A DNA stretch of 64,000 nucleotides from Octopus sinensis (lineage: Eukaryota): contig NC_043002.1 in the NCBI RefSeq assembly GCF_006345805.1, forward strand, positions 8,742,001 through 8,806,000. Direction: 5' to 3'. Positions 63,227 through 64,000 of the stretch are shown one piece after another. Numbering within the stretch: position 1 is the stretch's first letter; each line of letters begins with the position of its first letter. The notes below the pieces were generated by a model, which saw only the letters and a list, made by a program, of their open reading frames with translations, did no database searches and had not been told where the DNA came from. The position numbers and the translations under genes are program-made.

Positions 63227-64000
63227 AATCTCTGAGTGAGGTATAAACAGTAGCTGCACGACATTATGAAGTATATTTGCCACCTAAATGTGGCTAATCC
63301 TTAAAGGTCGATGCTACTGTAGCTTGTAGCCCCAGGAAGACATCTCCTCCAGCTTGCGATATAAATTTCTACCTCCCGTATCCTTCAATAATATTATAAT
63401 ATTAAATTAAGACAATTAAATTGAGACAACAATAATATAATAATATTATATGATAATAAGGTGGCTAGCAAGTTTAGTTTGGTAGCCAAAAGATTACTGA
63501 ATCTTTTGATACCCCATATGTATTGCCCCAGCTTCAATAAGTGTTGAGAACAGAATCAGCTTCCTTGGAGTCTTCAGTTGAAGTAGCCCCTTTAAGATGT
63601 TACTATTGGTTGTCCATCTGACCTACTAACATCATAAGACTTTTTTCATGGCATTGTGCAGTTTGAAGTATGTTTAAGGAATTTGGAGTGAAAAGTGAAG
63701 TAAAGCAAGAATGTGTTTCCACTCGAAATCTTTTTGGTATCTCCTTTGTGCACTTCTTGAAACACCCCTTCCAGTCCTCAATGAAGGACTTATATGCATT
63801 AAAATAAAAATGCAAGAGACCGAAAGTAGTACATAAATTTGTATACTTGACCTTGTGGTATTTAAAGGGGGAAAAAGTCAGTCAGTCGCCGGCTGACACT
63901 CGCTGACGCTACATCGAAGAGGCCAGGGAACAGAAGAAAGAAGAAGAAACACCAGAACTGAAGACACCTCCGAAAGGGTGGGGCGCCACGTCAAAACGGT

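Noticed and set aside
63603-63815. 70-aa minus ORF as first exon of the gene
   Set aside because: Ends in a stop, no convincing donor, no recognisable homology

Overview
AT-rich, repeat-dominated eukaryotic DNA. The mix of tRNA/CORE- and Meta-type SINEs, RTE 3' ends, Penelope-like elements (PLEs) and huge TA/CA microsatellites fits an octopus/coleoid cephalopod genome (inference). One multi-exon protein-coding gene of unknown family lies on the minus strand: a 360-nt exon at 50166-50525, a ~2.5-kb exon at 40995-43483, and probable small 3' exons. A possible decayed paralogue lies further downstream (about 14-29 kb). Most of the rest is transposon debris: ~20 RTE LINE 3' ends with modular tandem arrays, SINEs, mariner/Tc1, Helitron, CR1, R4-like and APE fragments, a solo LTR, and at least seven PLE GIY-YIG remnants. 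Four things stand out. (1) Type I hammerhead ribozyme motifs occur in PLE terminal repeats: a canonical inverted pair, plus a 3-copy family with a non-canonical CUGUNGA core. (2) Three PLE endonucleases carry long low-complexity expansions between the GIY and YIG motifs. (3) A ~1.7-kb extremely AT-rich, organelle-like segment is bracketed by PLE pieces and interrupted by a host SINE. (4) The most abundant 'SINE' is actually an RTE 3'UTR with a variable-number array of structured units. Most short ORFs in the supplied track are artefacts of microsatellites or repeats. Coordinates were read by eye and may be off by a few bases.
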